Below are positions 49,838 through 58,697 of a DNA stretch of 64,000 bases, piece by piece. Numbering within the stretch: position 1 is the stretch's first letter; the number at the start of each line of letters is the position of its first letter. Under the pieces are notes generated by a model. It made no database searches and had not been told where the DNA came from. It saw only the letters and a program-made list of their open reading frames with translations. Origin of the DNA: an uncultured cyanobacterium (GTDB lineage Bacteria; Cyanobacteriota; Cyanobacteriia; Pseudanabaenales; Pseudanabaenaceae). Both the position numbers and the translations under genes were made by a program. Location: the NCBI GenBank assembly GCA_963703315.1, contig OY969811.1, forward strand, positions 1,408,001-1,472,000, read 5' to 3'.

Positions 49838-50218
49838 TTATAATTCCGCAATCTTACGAATTTCATCTAATGGACTATCAAAATTTTCAACAATTTCTTC
49901 TGTAGATGACTCATCAGGAATAAATTGCAATTCTATTTTTAGTCTAATCTTTCCCAGTCGCCAACCCCTTTGATTGGTTGTCATCACACGACATGGAATA
50001 CCCTCTTCAAATTTTTTTAAGAACTCATCAGTTAAACTTATTAATCTCAGAATACCTTTTTTGAATTCATTAAATTCAAAAGTCTTAGAAATACTAAATC
50101 TGTTTTTAATAGCAGAAAGACAAATGCTATACTCTTCATCCTCAGTAAAAGAAATAACATCATCTAAACTTAAATTCTCTATTTTGTTACTCATAAAATT
50201 TAACTCTATATAAAACAT
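49838..50218 (-). CDS. KGK-domain protein (copy 3; alternative start 50194)
   Basis: EGIPCRVM....GWRLGKIRL....FIPDE...SPLDEIR. Confidence 0.82.
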   Translation of the reverse strand: MFYIELNFMSNKIENLSLDDVISFTEDEEYSICLSAIKNRFSISKTFEFNEFKKGILRLISLTDEFLKKFEEGIPCRVMTTNQRGWRLGKIRLKIELQFIPDESSTEEIVENFDSPLDEIRKIAEL

Positions 50219-50580
50219 TAAATACTAGTGTTACGAATTTCATCCAATGGACTTTCAGAAGAGAATAGAGTTTGATGATTTTCAGTTTTACTTACTTCAT
50301 CAGGAATAAATTTTAAACTTAATTTGACTTTACCCTTCATCCAACCCTGTCTCCGAGGTGTCATCATTTGGCAAGGAATACCTTCTTTGATCATTGGTTT
50401 AACATCATCCAGAAAATTTATTTTCTCAATTAGAGCGTTAATAAAAGTATCTGATCGAAATAAAGTGGAAATCTCTAATGTGTTTATTATATCTTCAATA
50501 AAAACTACAATTTTCTTGTCTTGATCCTCTTCAAAAGAAAGAACATCATCTGATTGAACAATCTCACTTTTTTCTGTCAT
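50218..50580 (-). CDS. KGK-domain protein (copy 2)
   Basis: EGIPCQMM....GWMKGKVKL...FIPDE...SPLDEIR. Confidence 0.85.
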   Translation of the reverse strand: MTEKSEIVQSDDVLSFEEDQDKKIVVFIEDIINTLEISTLFRSDTFINALIEKINFLDDVKPMIKEGIPCQMMTPRRQGWMKGKVKLSLKFIPDEVSKTENHQTLFSSESPLDEIRNTSI

Positions 50581-50639
50581 GTTTTTTATCTACTTAAATA
50601 ATTTTAGAATTCCTAAAGCATTTGTTGAAGCAATATTAC

Positions 50640-50984
50640 TTACTCAACATTATTGCGGATCTCATCTAGTAAGCTGTTAGAGTTATTATTAGATGAGTGT
50701 AAAATCTGATTATCCTCATTCTCTCTTTGGGTTTCATCGGCAATAAAATGCAACCCTAACTTCACTTTTCCTGATACCCAACCTTTTTGGCGAGTTGTCA
50801 TTACCCGACAAGAAATACCTTCTTTTAAAAGGCGTTTAGGATCAGATAAAGATTCTATCAAATTTCCCACTTTAAACAAGTAGGAGATATCCATAGCATT
50901 TATTAAATCCTCAATGGCTTTGTCTCCAGATTCATTAATTTCTACAACATCATCAGATTGTAAAAGCTCAAAGTCTTCTTGCAT
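50640..50984 (-). CDS. KGK-domain protein (copy 1)
   Basis: EGISCRVM....GWVSGKVKL...FIADE...LLDEIR. Confidence 0.82.
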   Translation of the reverse strand: MQEDFELLQSDDVVEINESGDKAIEDLINAMDISYLFKVGNLIESLSDPKRLLKEGISCRVMTTRQKGWVSGKVKLGLHFIADETQRENEDNQILHSSNNNSNSLLDEIRNNVE

Positions 50985-51068
50985 ATACTTATTATTAAAA
51001 ACTTAATTCTACATTTTGATAATTGTATCTTACAGTTATTGTATATTTGACAAAAATTATAATCTATA

Positions 51069-51290
51069 TTAAATATATACGCTTAAACGATGCTCACGAT
51101 CAGCAGCAAATATTAAACAAGCTCTAATATCTTCTTTTGTCAATTCTGGGAAATCGTCTATAATCTCATCCTGCGACATTCCAGATGCTAACCATCCCAA
51201 GACATCATAGACAGTGATCCGCATTCGGCGAATACAAGGCTTTCCGCCACGCTTATCTGGTTCAATAGTAATAACATTTTGGAAACTCAT
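51069..51290 (-). CDS. DUF433 family protein (antitoxin-like HTH), no adjacent PIN toxin
   Basis: P.KRGGKPCIR.MRITV.DVL..LA.GMS..EI..DFPELT.EDI. Confidence 0.9.
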   Translation of the reverse strand: MSFQNVITIEPDKRGGKPCIRRMRITVYDVLGWLASGMSQDEIIDDFPELTKEDIRACLIFAADREHRLSVYI

Positions 51291-51373
51291 AGATCTATCT
51301 TCCTAAATTAAGAATTATTATATCAAACAATAATTTACTGCTTAACATAATAACTCCTAACTTGAAATTAACT

Positions 51374-53851
51374 TTAATTTCCTGAATCGATCGCCTCATC
51401 CACAATAAAAGATTCAGCATCAATTACATCAGTAATAACTGTGGGAATTAATAAATCAGTCTCGCTGATGATTGGTAGATTCTTGCGTGATAAATCTAAT
51501 ACTTCTAAACATTGATTAATGCCAGAAACTGCCTCATTGTAAATAGCAATATTTTTCTCTACAGCAACTTGTAAACTACGATTTTTGTCGAGCTTTACCT
51601 GTGCCTCCTTCTCCAAAGTTTGCGCCAAATAATCACGAGCATTGTCGTATTGCTGCAAAATTGCATTCGATTGTTTTTCTACACTTGTTAGCAAATGTGT
51701 ACTCAAAGTTTGATTAATTGATTGACGGAAAGTACGAATAATCGTGTCCTTTACCTTCAACTCAAAATCAAGCTTTAACAACTGCCGAATTGCTGGCTCA
51801 GCCTCGATCATGCTCTGATAGTCATAGCCACGACAGGCTTGCTGCAAGGTTTGACGCAATTGGTAGATTGAGTTTGTCCCCTCTGCATAAAACTCTGGAC
51901 GTTCGCGCACATAGCGATCGCATTCTGTTCTGGCTTCATTGACCAAGGCATCAGTTGCTGTGATTGCCAGCTTTTCTAGCCTCGCCTCAATGCCGCCATC
52001 GTTACCCAATAGGCGATAAAGTTCCCGATAATATTCCGTTTTCTTGATCGACTCGATCAAATTCTGGAAGAAATTTTCCACAATCCTTTGCGAATTCTCC
52101 ACCAACACATCTTCTAGCTCATTGGCTAAATAGTAGAAACCTTCCGCCAAAATCCCCATCACAGGCACAACGGAATTGCGGCGGTGACTGGCTTGGGCGC
52201 GTTGATGCACATCGGCAACCGAGAAATAGCCAATCAACTCATCCAAACGCCGCACCATGTTCTCTTTGAGCTTGCGATAGTCAGCTTCCAATGCTTGATT
52301 CTTATTGCTTGCCACCGCATCATTTAGCTCTTGAGCAATATGTTCGCGGAGGCGATCACCTATTTGTTTGAGGTCATGACCGAGCTTCTGTAACTCCTGC
52401 AACTTGATCGCAGCAATATCGCGGGGTTGACTTTCGAGCTTGTGCCACGAATCCAGATAGGACTGACGCAGGGCAATACAAATGGGCTGCAAGTCATCAG
52501 CAAGATCGGCAAATAGCAAGGGGCGCTTCTCATTGGTGAGATAATTGGTAATTGCGTTGCGAAACTCCTCAATGCCGCTATCCTTAATCAGTTGATTGAT
52601 TACATCCGTTCCCAACTTGTCAAGTAAGCGCACATACTTTTCATTCTTAATGCTGGTTTTCAAAACGTTGGGAGGAATCTCAAATTTGTCAGGATTGAGC
52701 TTGCCAGAGACAAGACAATAGCTGTTGAATTCATTCACAAATTGCGGCGTATCCTCTTCACCACCTACAGATTTGACGCTTTCCGCAAAGATAGAATCTA
52801 GACCAAAGCGATCGCCAATACTGGTATTTCTAATTTGACTGCCATAAAATCCCAACAATCCACTGGTTTTATAGATTCTCGAAGTATTGCGAAATTGGCT
52901 CGAAATCGTTTGATTGAGACGCTGGAGCAATTGACTATTCATCCAAGTCTCATCAATGCGATTGAACACATAAAATACGCGATCGCGAATTCCTGCGTTA
53001 CTTTGAATCTTCTCACTGAGTTCCGTTTCCTCAGAAGTCAGTTCTCCAGATGAGGCGGTTTTCAGTACAAACACAACTGCGGAAGTGTCAGGATTTTCAA
53101 TTTTCTGGAAGGTTAAAGCGGCATCTTTTTTGACAGGGGCATCAATTCCGGGGGTGTCAATGATCACATTGCCATCTTGCAACAGAGGATGATTGCAATA
53201 ATATTCCACTCGTTTGAGAACTGCACTATTGGCTCCCCGTCTGGCATAGTCAGCCGCTTTCTTGAGATTGTCAAAACCAAACTGTTCCATCGAATAGGTA
53301 GAATTAGCCACCGAACTAATGCGATCGCGATTATTGATAAAACCTTCAATCAAGAGATTCAACGCATCCGCATCTTTGGCACGTTTCGATTTGCTCTTGC
53401 CTCCCTCCTGCTCGATTACCGCAAGAGTTTGAGTTTGCAACTGTTTCAGCGCATCGATTTGATTGATATTAGTCGGTGCGACCTGTCCGATTAATTGCGA
53501 TAGGGCTTGAATCTGTTCGCGCACTTCCACTTCATTCAGGAAGGTCAAGACCACACGCTCTTCACCAGCTTTAGCAAAGGCAATTTTGCATTCTGTCCCC
53601 GTAGCGTGTCCCTCAGCGCTGTAAAGTAATTCCCGTTCTAATAGCGCGTTAATCAACATCGATTTACCCGCACTAAAAGCCCCCGCAAACACAATCTCAA
53701 AGGTCGGCGCGATCGCCTTTCTTAATGAAGACTGGACAATACTGCCATCCTGTTGCGATCGCAGGGTTGGCTCCTGTTGCAAAAGTTGTAAAATCGCTTC
53801 AACTTGTGACTGTAAATCTTGACATTGTGGAAAAAGAGTTGGCAAAGTCAT
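51374..53851 (-). CDS. Dynamin-like GTPase
   Basis: G1 GAFSAGKS, G2-like HATGT, G3 DTPG, G4 NRID, long helical C-terminus. Confidence 0.88.
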   Translation of the reverse strand: MTLPTLFPQCQDLQSQVEAILQLLQQEPTLRSQQDGSIVQSSLRKAIAPTFEIVFAGAFSAGKSMLINALLERELLYSAEGHATGTECKIAFAKAGEERVVLTFLNEVEVREQIQALSQLIGQVAPTNINQIDALKQLQTQTLAVIEQEGGKSKSKRAKDADALNLLIEGFINNRDRISSVANSTYSMEQFGFDNLKKAADYARRGANSAVLKRVEYYCNHPLLQDGNVIIDTPGIDAPVKKDAALTFQKIENPDTSAVVFVLKTASSGELTSEETELSEKIQSNAGIRDRVFYVFNRIDETWMNSQLLQRLNQTISSQFRNTSRIYKTSGLLGFYGSQIRNTSIGDRFGLDSIFAESVKSVGGEEDTPQFVNEFNSYCLVSGKLNPDKFEIPPNVLKTSIKNEKYVRLLDKLGTDVINQLIKDSGIEEFRNAITNYLTNEKRPLLFADLADDLQPICIALRQSYLDSWHKLESQPRDIAAIKLQELQKLGHDLKQIGDRLREHIAQELNDAVASNKNQALEADYRKLKENMVRRLDELIGYFSVADVHQRAQASHRRNSVVPVMGILAEGFYYLANELEDVLVENSQRIVENFFQNLIESIKKTEYYRELYRLLGNDGGIEARLEKLAITATDALVNEARTECDRYVRERPEFYAEGTNSIYQLRQTLQQACRGYDYQSMIEAEPAIRQLLKLDFELKVKDTIIRTFRQSINQTLSTHLLTSVEKQSNAILQQYDNARDYLAQTLEKEAQVKLDKNRSLQVAVEKNIAIYNEAVSGINQCLEVLDLSRKNLPIISETDLLIPTVITDVIDAESFIVDEAIDSGN

Positions 53852-53947
53852 GCAAGTTAATCCTTGATTTTTTTAGAAATTTGATGCTTTGTCATGAATA
53901 TATCATTAATATATCGCTCATAAAATATAAAGCTGTCAAATTCTAGG

Positions 53948-53967
53948 CAAGGGGCTTAAGCCCCTTG
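53948..53967. repeat. Short perfect palindrome (small dispersed repeat-like)
   Basis: caaggggcttaagccccttg. Confidence 0.6.
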
Positions 53968-53978
53968 TTTTCAGGTTG

Positions 53979-55139
53979 CTAGATACCTGCGATCGCCATT
54001 TCAAACGCTTGACAAACAGAAGAAATTGAGAACTTGGTTTGGGCTTGGATATAGGCAGTCTCCACCATTTTTTGAGTTGCTTCGCGATCGCTAAAAATCT
54101 GCTGCATCGCTGCCGCCAGTAATTGTGGATCGTTGGGAGGAACTAATAAACCTGTAACTCGATGTTCGATAATTTCACTAGTACCGCCGCCAATAGTAGC
54201 GATCGCAGGTCTTTTGGATAATTGCGCCTCTACAATGACGCGCCCAAAGGGTTCGGGAGCAGTGGAACAATGGGCGATCGCGTCACAGGCTTTCATTAAA
54301 GCAGGGATATCTTGACGAAAGCCGAGCCAATGTACGCGCCCCTTGAGACTTTCTTGGGCAGCAATATTTTTCAATTTCTCGGTATATTCCGCTTCACCGA
54401 ATAGAGCATCACCGACTAGTAATACATGGACATCAGGGAGTTGACTCGCTGCCTCTAACAAAATATGTTGACCCTTCCAATAGGATAGACGGCTAAACAT
54501 TCCTATCAAGGGGCGATCGCGGGGAATGCCTAACTCTTCTCGCAAAGTTTTTTGATTGTCATTAATCTGATCAAACTTGGCACTATCAAATCCGTTATAG
54601 ACCATGCGTAATAAGCGGTGATTCCCCCCTGCGGCAATAAATGCGTCTCCTGTAGCCTGTGAATTCACAATTACTCGCGTGGCACACCAATTAGCCAATG
54701 TAACGGCGATTTTGCGGTTAGTGGCGCTAAAAATATCGGAGGTTAAGATATCGTGTAAATGCCAAACTACAGGCGCACCACCCAATAATCTGGCGATCGC
54801 CAACACCACAAATCCCTTTTGATTATTGGCATGAATCAAATCGAAGTCTTTGCTTTTGTTTGCAACTTGTTTACCCAGTCGCCAGAGATCACCAATAGAT
54901 TTCAGCGATGCTAATCCACTCGATACTTTGACATCAGCAAGCGATCGCGATGCTCCTAAAACTTCGACCTTTACGCCTAGATCTTCTAGTCGATTTTTTA
55001 AGATGCCATCAGTTAGTAATACCACTTGACTCGTATCGCGATAGGCATGGGCAAAATCGAGCAGACAAAGTTCGCCACCACCTAAAACTGCGGTATAGCT
55101 CACAAATAAAATTTTCTTTGTATTTTTCTTTGTATTCAT
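53979..55139 (-). CDS. Glycosyltransferase family 4
   Basis: LGGGE, RLSYWKG, LGFRQD, EPFGRVIVEA. Confidence 0.92.
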   Translation of the reverse strand: MNTKKNTKKILFVSYTAVLGGGELCLLDFAHAYRDTSQVVLLTDGILKNRLEDLGVKVEVLGASRSLADVKVSSGLASLKSIGDLWRLGKQVANKSKDFDLIHANNQKGFVVLAIARLLGGAPVVWHLHDILTSDIFSATNRKIAVTLANWCATRVIVNSQATGDAFIAAGGNHRLLRMVYNGFDSAKFDQINDNQKTLREELGIPRDRPLIGMFSRLSYWKGQHILLEAASQLPDVHVLLVGDALFGEAEYTEKLKNIAAQESLKGRVHWLGFRQDIPALMKACDAIAHCSTAPEPFGRVIVEAQLSKRPAIATIGGGTSEIIEHRVTGLLVPPNDPQLLAAAMQQIFSDREATQKMVETAYIQAQTKFSISSVCQAFEMAIAGI

Positions 55140-55172
55140 GTCTGGTAGTGTAATCAACTTTGAGTAATTCTT

Positions 55173-55232
55173 TCTAAACAAACTCTAAAGGAAGAATCTT
55201 CACCATGCTACAAGGATGGATTCAGATTAGGA
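55173..55232 (+). pseudogene. Relic copy of the kdpA promoter box and first codons
   Basis: 17-bp match to 58516-58532 and 22-bp match to 58693-58714; encodes MLQGWIQI, as does kdpA. Confidence 0.8.
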
Positions 55233-55330
55233 TAATGAATGGGCTAAAACTGGCAAACGAAATCCAAAAATTGTACTTTAAAATCAATCCCTTTGCGATC
55301 GCGCAGATTCTTGAAGCATAGTAACACCTG

Positions 55331-55438
55331 TATGGTTTCTGGGATGGCTAGATATAGAATGCGTTTTGGATCTTCTAATTTTAGGGCTAGGCGGTAGTTG
55401 AGGCATTGACCAAGTACTGTATGAAGTTCAGAATTTGT
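55331..55438 (-). pseudogene. xisH-family gene fragment
   Basis: My translation TNSELHTVLGQCLNYRLALKLEDPKRILYLAIPETI matches the XisH ..EFHTALGQF.NYR.AL....P.R.LYLA.P motif as I recall it. Confidence 0.7.
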
Positions 55439-55472
55439 TTTATAATGAAAGGTGAGGTTATGCAGTGAAAAG

Positions 55473-55709
55473 ATGACGCTAAATAATTTGTTGGAAATAA
55501 AAGGAATTATCCATCGCGATCCTGAAATTATGAGTGGAGTCCCTGTTTTTAAGGGAACTCGTGTTCCTTTGAAAACACTTTTTGACTATCTTGAAGGCGA
55601 TGATGGATTAGCTGAGTTTATTAATGACTTTCCGTATCTCAAGACTCAAACTATGAAGGTTTTAGAAAATGCGGCTAAGTTATTAATCGCTCAGGAACGT
55701 GCTGCTTGA
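55473..55709 (+). CDS. DUF433 family antitoxin-like protein
   Basis: DPEIMSG.PVF.GTRVP..TLFDYLE. Confidence 0.88.
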   Translation: MTLNNLLEIKGIIHRDPEIMSGVPVFKGTRVPLKTLFDYLEGDDGLAEFINDFPYLKTQTMKVLENAAKLLIAQERAA

Positions 55710-56068
55710 TGTTGATATTAATGGACGAAAATCTACTGAGTAAAAAGCTTAAACAGCCTTTTTTAAGGAGCGGTTTTGATGTTTACAATGTTGATGATAT
55801 GGGATGGCGAGGATTTAAGGATAAAGAAATTCTCGATTTGGCTGAGAAATATCCCTTCGACATTTTTATTACGGCTGACAAAAATCTGCGGTATCAGCAA
55901 AATTTGATTGATAAAGCCTTGAGAATCGTGATTTTAGATACTCGTAGCACTCGCCCTGATTATTTATTGCCGATGATGGAAAAAATCAATAATTTTGTCT
56001 TATCTTTGTCAATTGGAGAAGTAGTATCTATCAACGATGTGGGCGAGATTAAGCGAGATTTTCTGTAA
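55706..56068 (+). CDS. DUF5615/PIN-like putative toxin
   Basis: ILMDENL, GW.G.KD..IL..A, FITADKNLRYQQNL; overlaps the DUF433 stop. Confidence 0.82.
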   Translation: MMLILMDENLLSKKLKQPFLRSGFDVYNVDDMGWRGFKDKEILDLAEKYPFDIFITADKNLRYQQNLIDKALRIVILDTRSTRPDYLLPMMEKINNFVLSLSIGEVVSINDVGEIKRDFL

Positions 56069-56214
56069 TTGTTTTTTAAGATAGGCGATCACATTTTACG
56101 CAAAACAATACTTTTACTGAGATTTATCCCTTTGTGATCGCGCTAATTCTTGCAGGGTGAAAAATCTGCTAAATAAAAATTACAATCAAATTTACACTAT
56201 TCAATTTTAAACTT

Positions 56215-57822
56215 ATGAACTTAGAAGTTGGAAACTTATTAAATAGTCGCTACGAAATTGTAGAAGAATTAAAAGTAGGTGGAATTGGTAAAATTTTTTT
56301 GGCTAAAGATTACTTAAGATTTGATAAGCGCTGCGTGGTGAAACAGTTTATATATGAATATTTTGATGGCAAGCAGGAAATAAGAGAACTATTTCAAGAA
56401 GAAGCAAGAATTCTTTTAAAACTTGAAAACTACTCACAGACACCCAATTTACTTGCCTATATTCACGAAAAAGATTGTATGGTGCAAGAATTAATTCATG
56501 GTCAAAATCTTGAAGACGAACTGAGACAGGATGGTAAATTCAGCGAACAAAAAGTTTTAGACCTGCTTGCTGAAATATTACCTGTATTAGAGTTTGTACA
56601 TAATCAAGGTATTATTCATAAAGATATTAAGCCATCTAACGTTATGAGGAAAGAACCAAGTGGCAAGCTAGTATTACTTGATTTTGGTATTTCTAAAAGA
56701 CTATATGAAAATCAAATAAATTCAACTATTGAAGACAAAAATAACAAGCTTGCGACTCAAAAAAACTATAGCTTTCCAGATGGAACTGGAGGTTATCAAG
56801 CACCAGATCGTCATTCCTCTTTTTCTAGCGATCTCTATTCGCTGGGAGCTACTTGTGTTCAACTGCTAACTGGAATACCCCCAGAGGATCTACAGATTCT
56901 TTATGCTGATTCATGGATAGACATTGTTAAGGCGAATATTTCAGATAACACCTATAAAATTATTGAAAAATTATTGGCAACTAATCCACTAGACCGTTTC
57001 CAGACAGCCCAAGATGCTATTCGGGAGCTTGAAAATATAGAGTATATAAAACGCAAGAATAACGTTAGTCTTTCAACATCATTACTATCTTCTCCTGTTA
57101 ATCACTACAAATTTCAAGCAATTAACACTCTAGCTGAATTAAGTGAGGATGCACAAATAGCCATTCCCCATCTTATTAAGTTACTCAAATCCCAAGATTA
57201 TCAGATAAATTCAGGTGCATTGAGTACTTTAGTGAAAATTGGCTCAGAGGCAGTTTTACCTCTTGTAGATCTACTCGAAGAGCAAAGAGTAGATCTACGA
57301 AAAAATGCGATTTGTGCATTAGAAGGAATTGGGAAAGATGCTTTAGCTGCAACATCTAAAATAATTGAATTACTAGAAGATCCAGAAGGTGAAATTCGCT
57401 GGTATGCAACTATTGCAATAGGTAAGATAGGTTCGTCAGCGAAGAAAGCAATTCCTTCTCTTATTAAAAGACTTAGAGATGAGAAAGCTGGTGTTCGAGC
57501 ATACGCAGCATGGGCGTTAGGAAAAATAGGAATAGAAGCCAAAGATGCTTTACCAATAATGCTTGAAACATTAAGGGATGAAAAAAATGAACATTCATTT
57601 TTGGCAGTATTAGAGGCACTTGAAGTGATTGGTTATGACATCACTTCAATTAATATTAGTTATGAGAATGATGGAACAACAAAAAATGCAAAAGAGCATA
57701 TTACATATCAGAGAGAAGAACAACGTAAAGATTTAGAAACAAAAAAAATGGGTGGGGGTATCGTGATAAACCAGCGACGACCACTTAGCGCCAATACTCC
57801 TCCGCAGAAAACTGATTTGTAG
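56215..57822 (+). CDS. Ser/Thr protein kinase with C-terminal HEAT repeats
   Basis: GGIGKIFLA, CVVKQF, IIHKDIKPSN, LLDFG, DLYSLG; repeats such as AIPSLIKRLRD...VRAYAAWALGKIG. Confidence 0.88.
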   Translation: MNLEVGNLLNSRYEIVEELKVGGIGKIFLAKDYLRFDKRCVVKQFIYEYFDGKQEIRELFQEEARILLKLENYSQTPNLLAYIHEKDCMVQELIHGQNLEDELRQDGKFSEQKVLDLLAEILPVLEFVHNQGIIHKDIKPSNVMRKEPSGKLVLLDFGISKRLYENQINSTIEDKNNKLATQKNYSFPDGTGGYQAPDRHSSFSSDLYSLGATCVQLLTGIPPEDLQILYADSWIDIVKANISDNTYKIIEKLLATNPLDRFQTAQDAIRELENIEYIKRKNNVSLSTSLLSSPVNHYKFQAINTLAELSEDAQIAIPHLIKLLKSQDYQINSGALSTLVKIGSEAVLPLVDLLEEQRVDLRKNAICALEGIGKDALAATSKIIELLEDPEGEIRWYATIAIGKIGSSAKKAIPSLIKRLRDEKAGVRAYAAWALGKIGIEAKDALPIMLETLRDEKNEHSFLAVLEALEVIGYDITSINISYENDGTTKNAKEHITYQREEQRKDLETKKMGGGIVINQRRPLSANTPPQKTDL

Positions 57823-57849
57823 GATATATATTTTTTGCATTTTAAGATT

Positions 57850-58380
57850 TCAAATCAAAGTAAATCCTTCGGGAATATGTTCGATCGCATTGGCAACTGC
57901 ATCAAGATAATCGTCAAACTCCATTCCATGCGCCTTAGCAAACAACCTCAGCGTATCCGCCTTAGTGCTACCCTCACCCTTCTCAATGCGACTGACTTGG
58001 CGCTCTGATAAGCCGATAATATCTGACTGACGCAGTTTATATTTTTTGCGTAAAGTCGCGATCGCCTTGCCAAACACTTGATCGTGAGTTGACTTGAGAG
58101 CATCAAATTTTTGCTTCCATTTAGGATCGGTTACATAACGGAAAGCATCAAGATCGAGATGAATATCTGCACTTTCCCAATAAAGATAACTACCATCATC
58201 AGCGATCGCAAAGTTGCTACGTTCGCTGGTGGGAATACGCTTTAAAGCTGGTAATGAAGAAAAGGGAACTTCAAATTTTTCCATGCTACAACTAAACACC
58301 AACAAGCGATCGTCAATCACAGTTGCTTCAGCAATTAATTGTTCCTGCGCTTCCATAGTTGAGGTAATAGTATTTTGCAT
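57850..58380 (-). CDS. DUF2442-like + XRE-HTH protein, possibly 5'-truncated
   Basis: IADDGSYLYW...DIHLDLD and C-terminal LRQSDI.GLSERQVSRIEKG HTH. Confidence 0.7.
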   Translation of the reverse strand: MQNTITSTMEAQEQLIAEATVIDDRLLVFSCSMEKFEVPFSSLPALKRIPTSERSNFAIADDGSYLYWESADIHLDLDAFRYVTDPKWKQKFDALKSTHDQVFGKAIATLRKKYKLRQSDIIGLSERQVSRIEKGEGSTKADTLRLFAKAHGMEFDDYLDAVANAIEHIPEGFTLI

Positions 58381-58515
58381 AATTTTATGATTTAGGCGAT
58401 CAAATATTTATAGGCAACTATTTGAGATATTAGCCAATTATATATGAACAGAAAATTTTCGTATGGAATCTAGCTGACAAAAGTGATATTGCTTCCTTAA
58501 AATGAGCGATCTCCA

Positions 58516-58544
58516 TCTAAACAAACTCTAAACACAGTCTAAAC
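58516..58544 (+). promoter_or_regulatory. Three TCTAAAC direct repeats at 11-bp period upstream of kdpA (putative regulator site)
   Basis: TCTAAAC starts at 58516, 58527 and 58538; a fourth at 58594. Confidence 0.55.
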
Positions 58545-58697
58545 GGATCGATTTTCTTAGGTGTAGAACCTAGATGTTAGTAAGGAAGAACTTTCTAAAC
58601 GCAAAGATATACCTTGTCAAGGGGAAAAAATGGATCGATGATTTGAGGGTTAGGAGCATATTCCCAACACTTCATCGATCGCAAGAGAAGAATCACC

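Noticed and set aside
55287..56152. attL/attR or integron attC sites flanking the TA pair
   Set aside because: No integrase and no attC-like structure. The 27-bp repeat is better explained as two DUF29-like gene tails.
58545..58697. c-di-AMP (ydaO) riboswitch in the kdpA leader
   Set aside because: Only a simple gatcgatga/tcatcgatc stem is visible; I could not find the conserved ydaO motifs. An Rfam scan would settle it.
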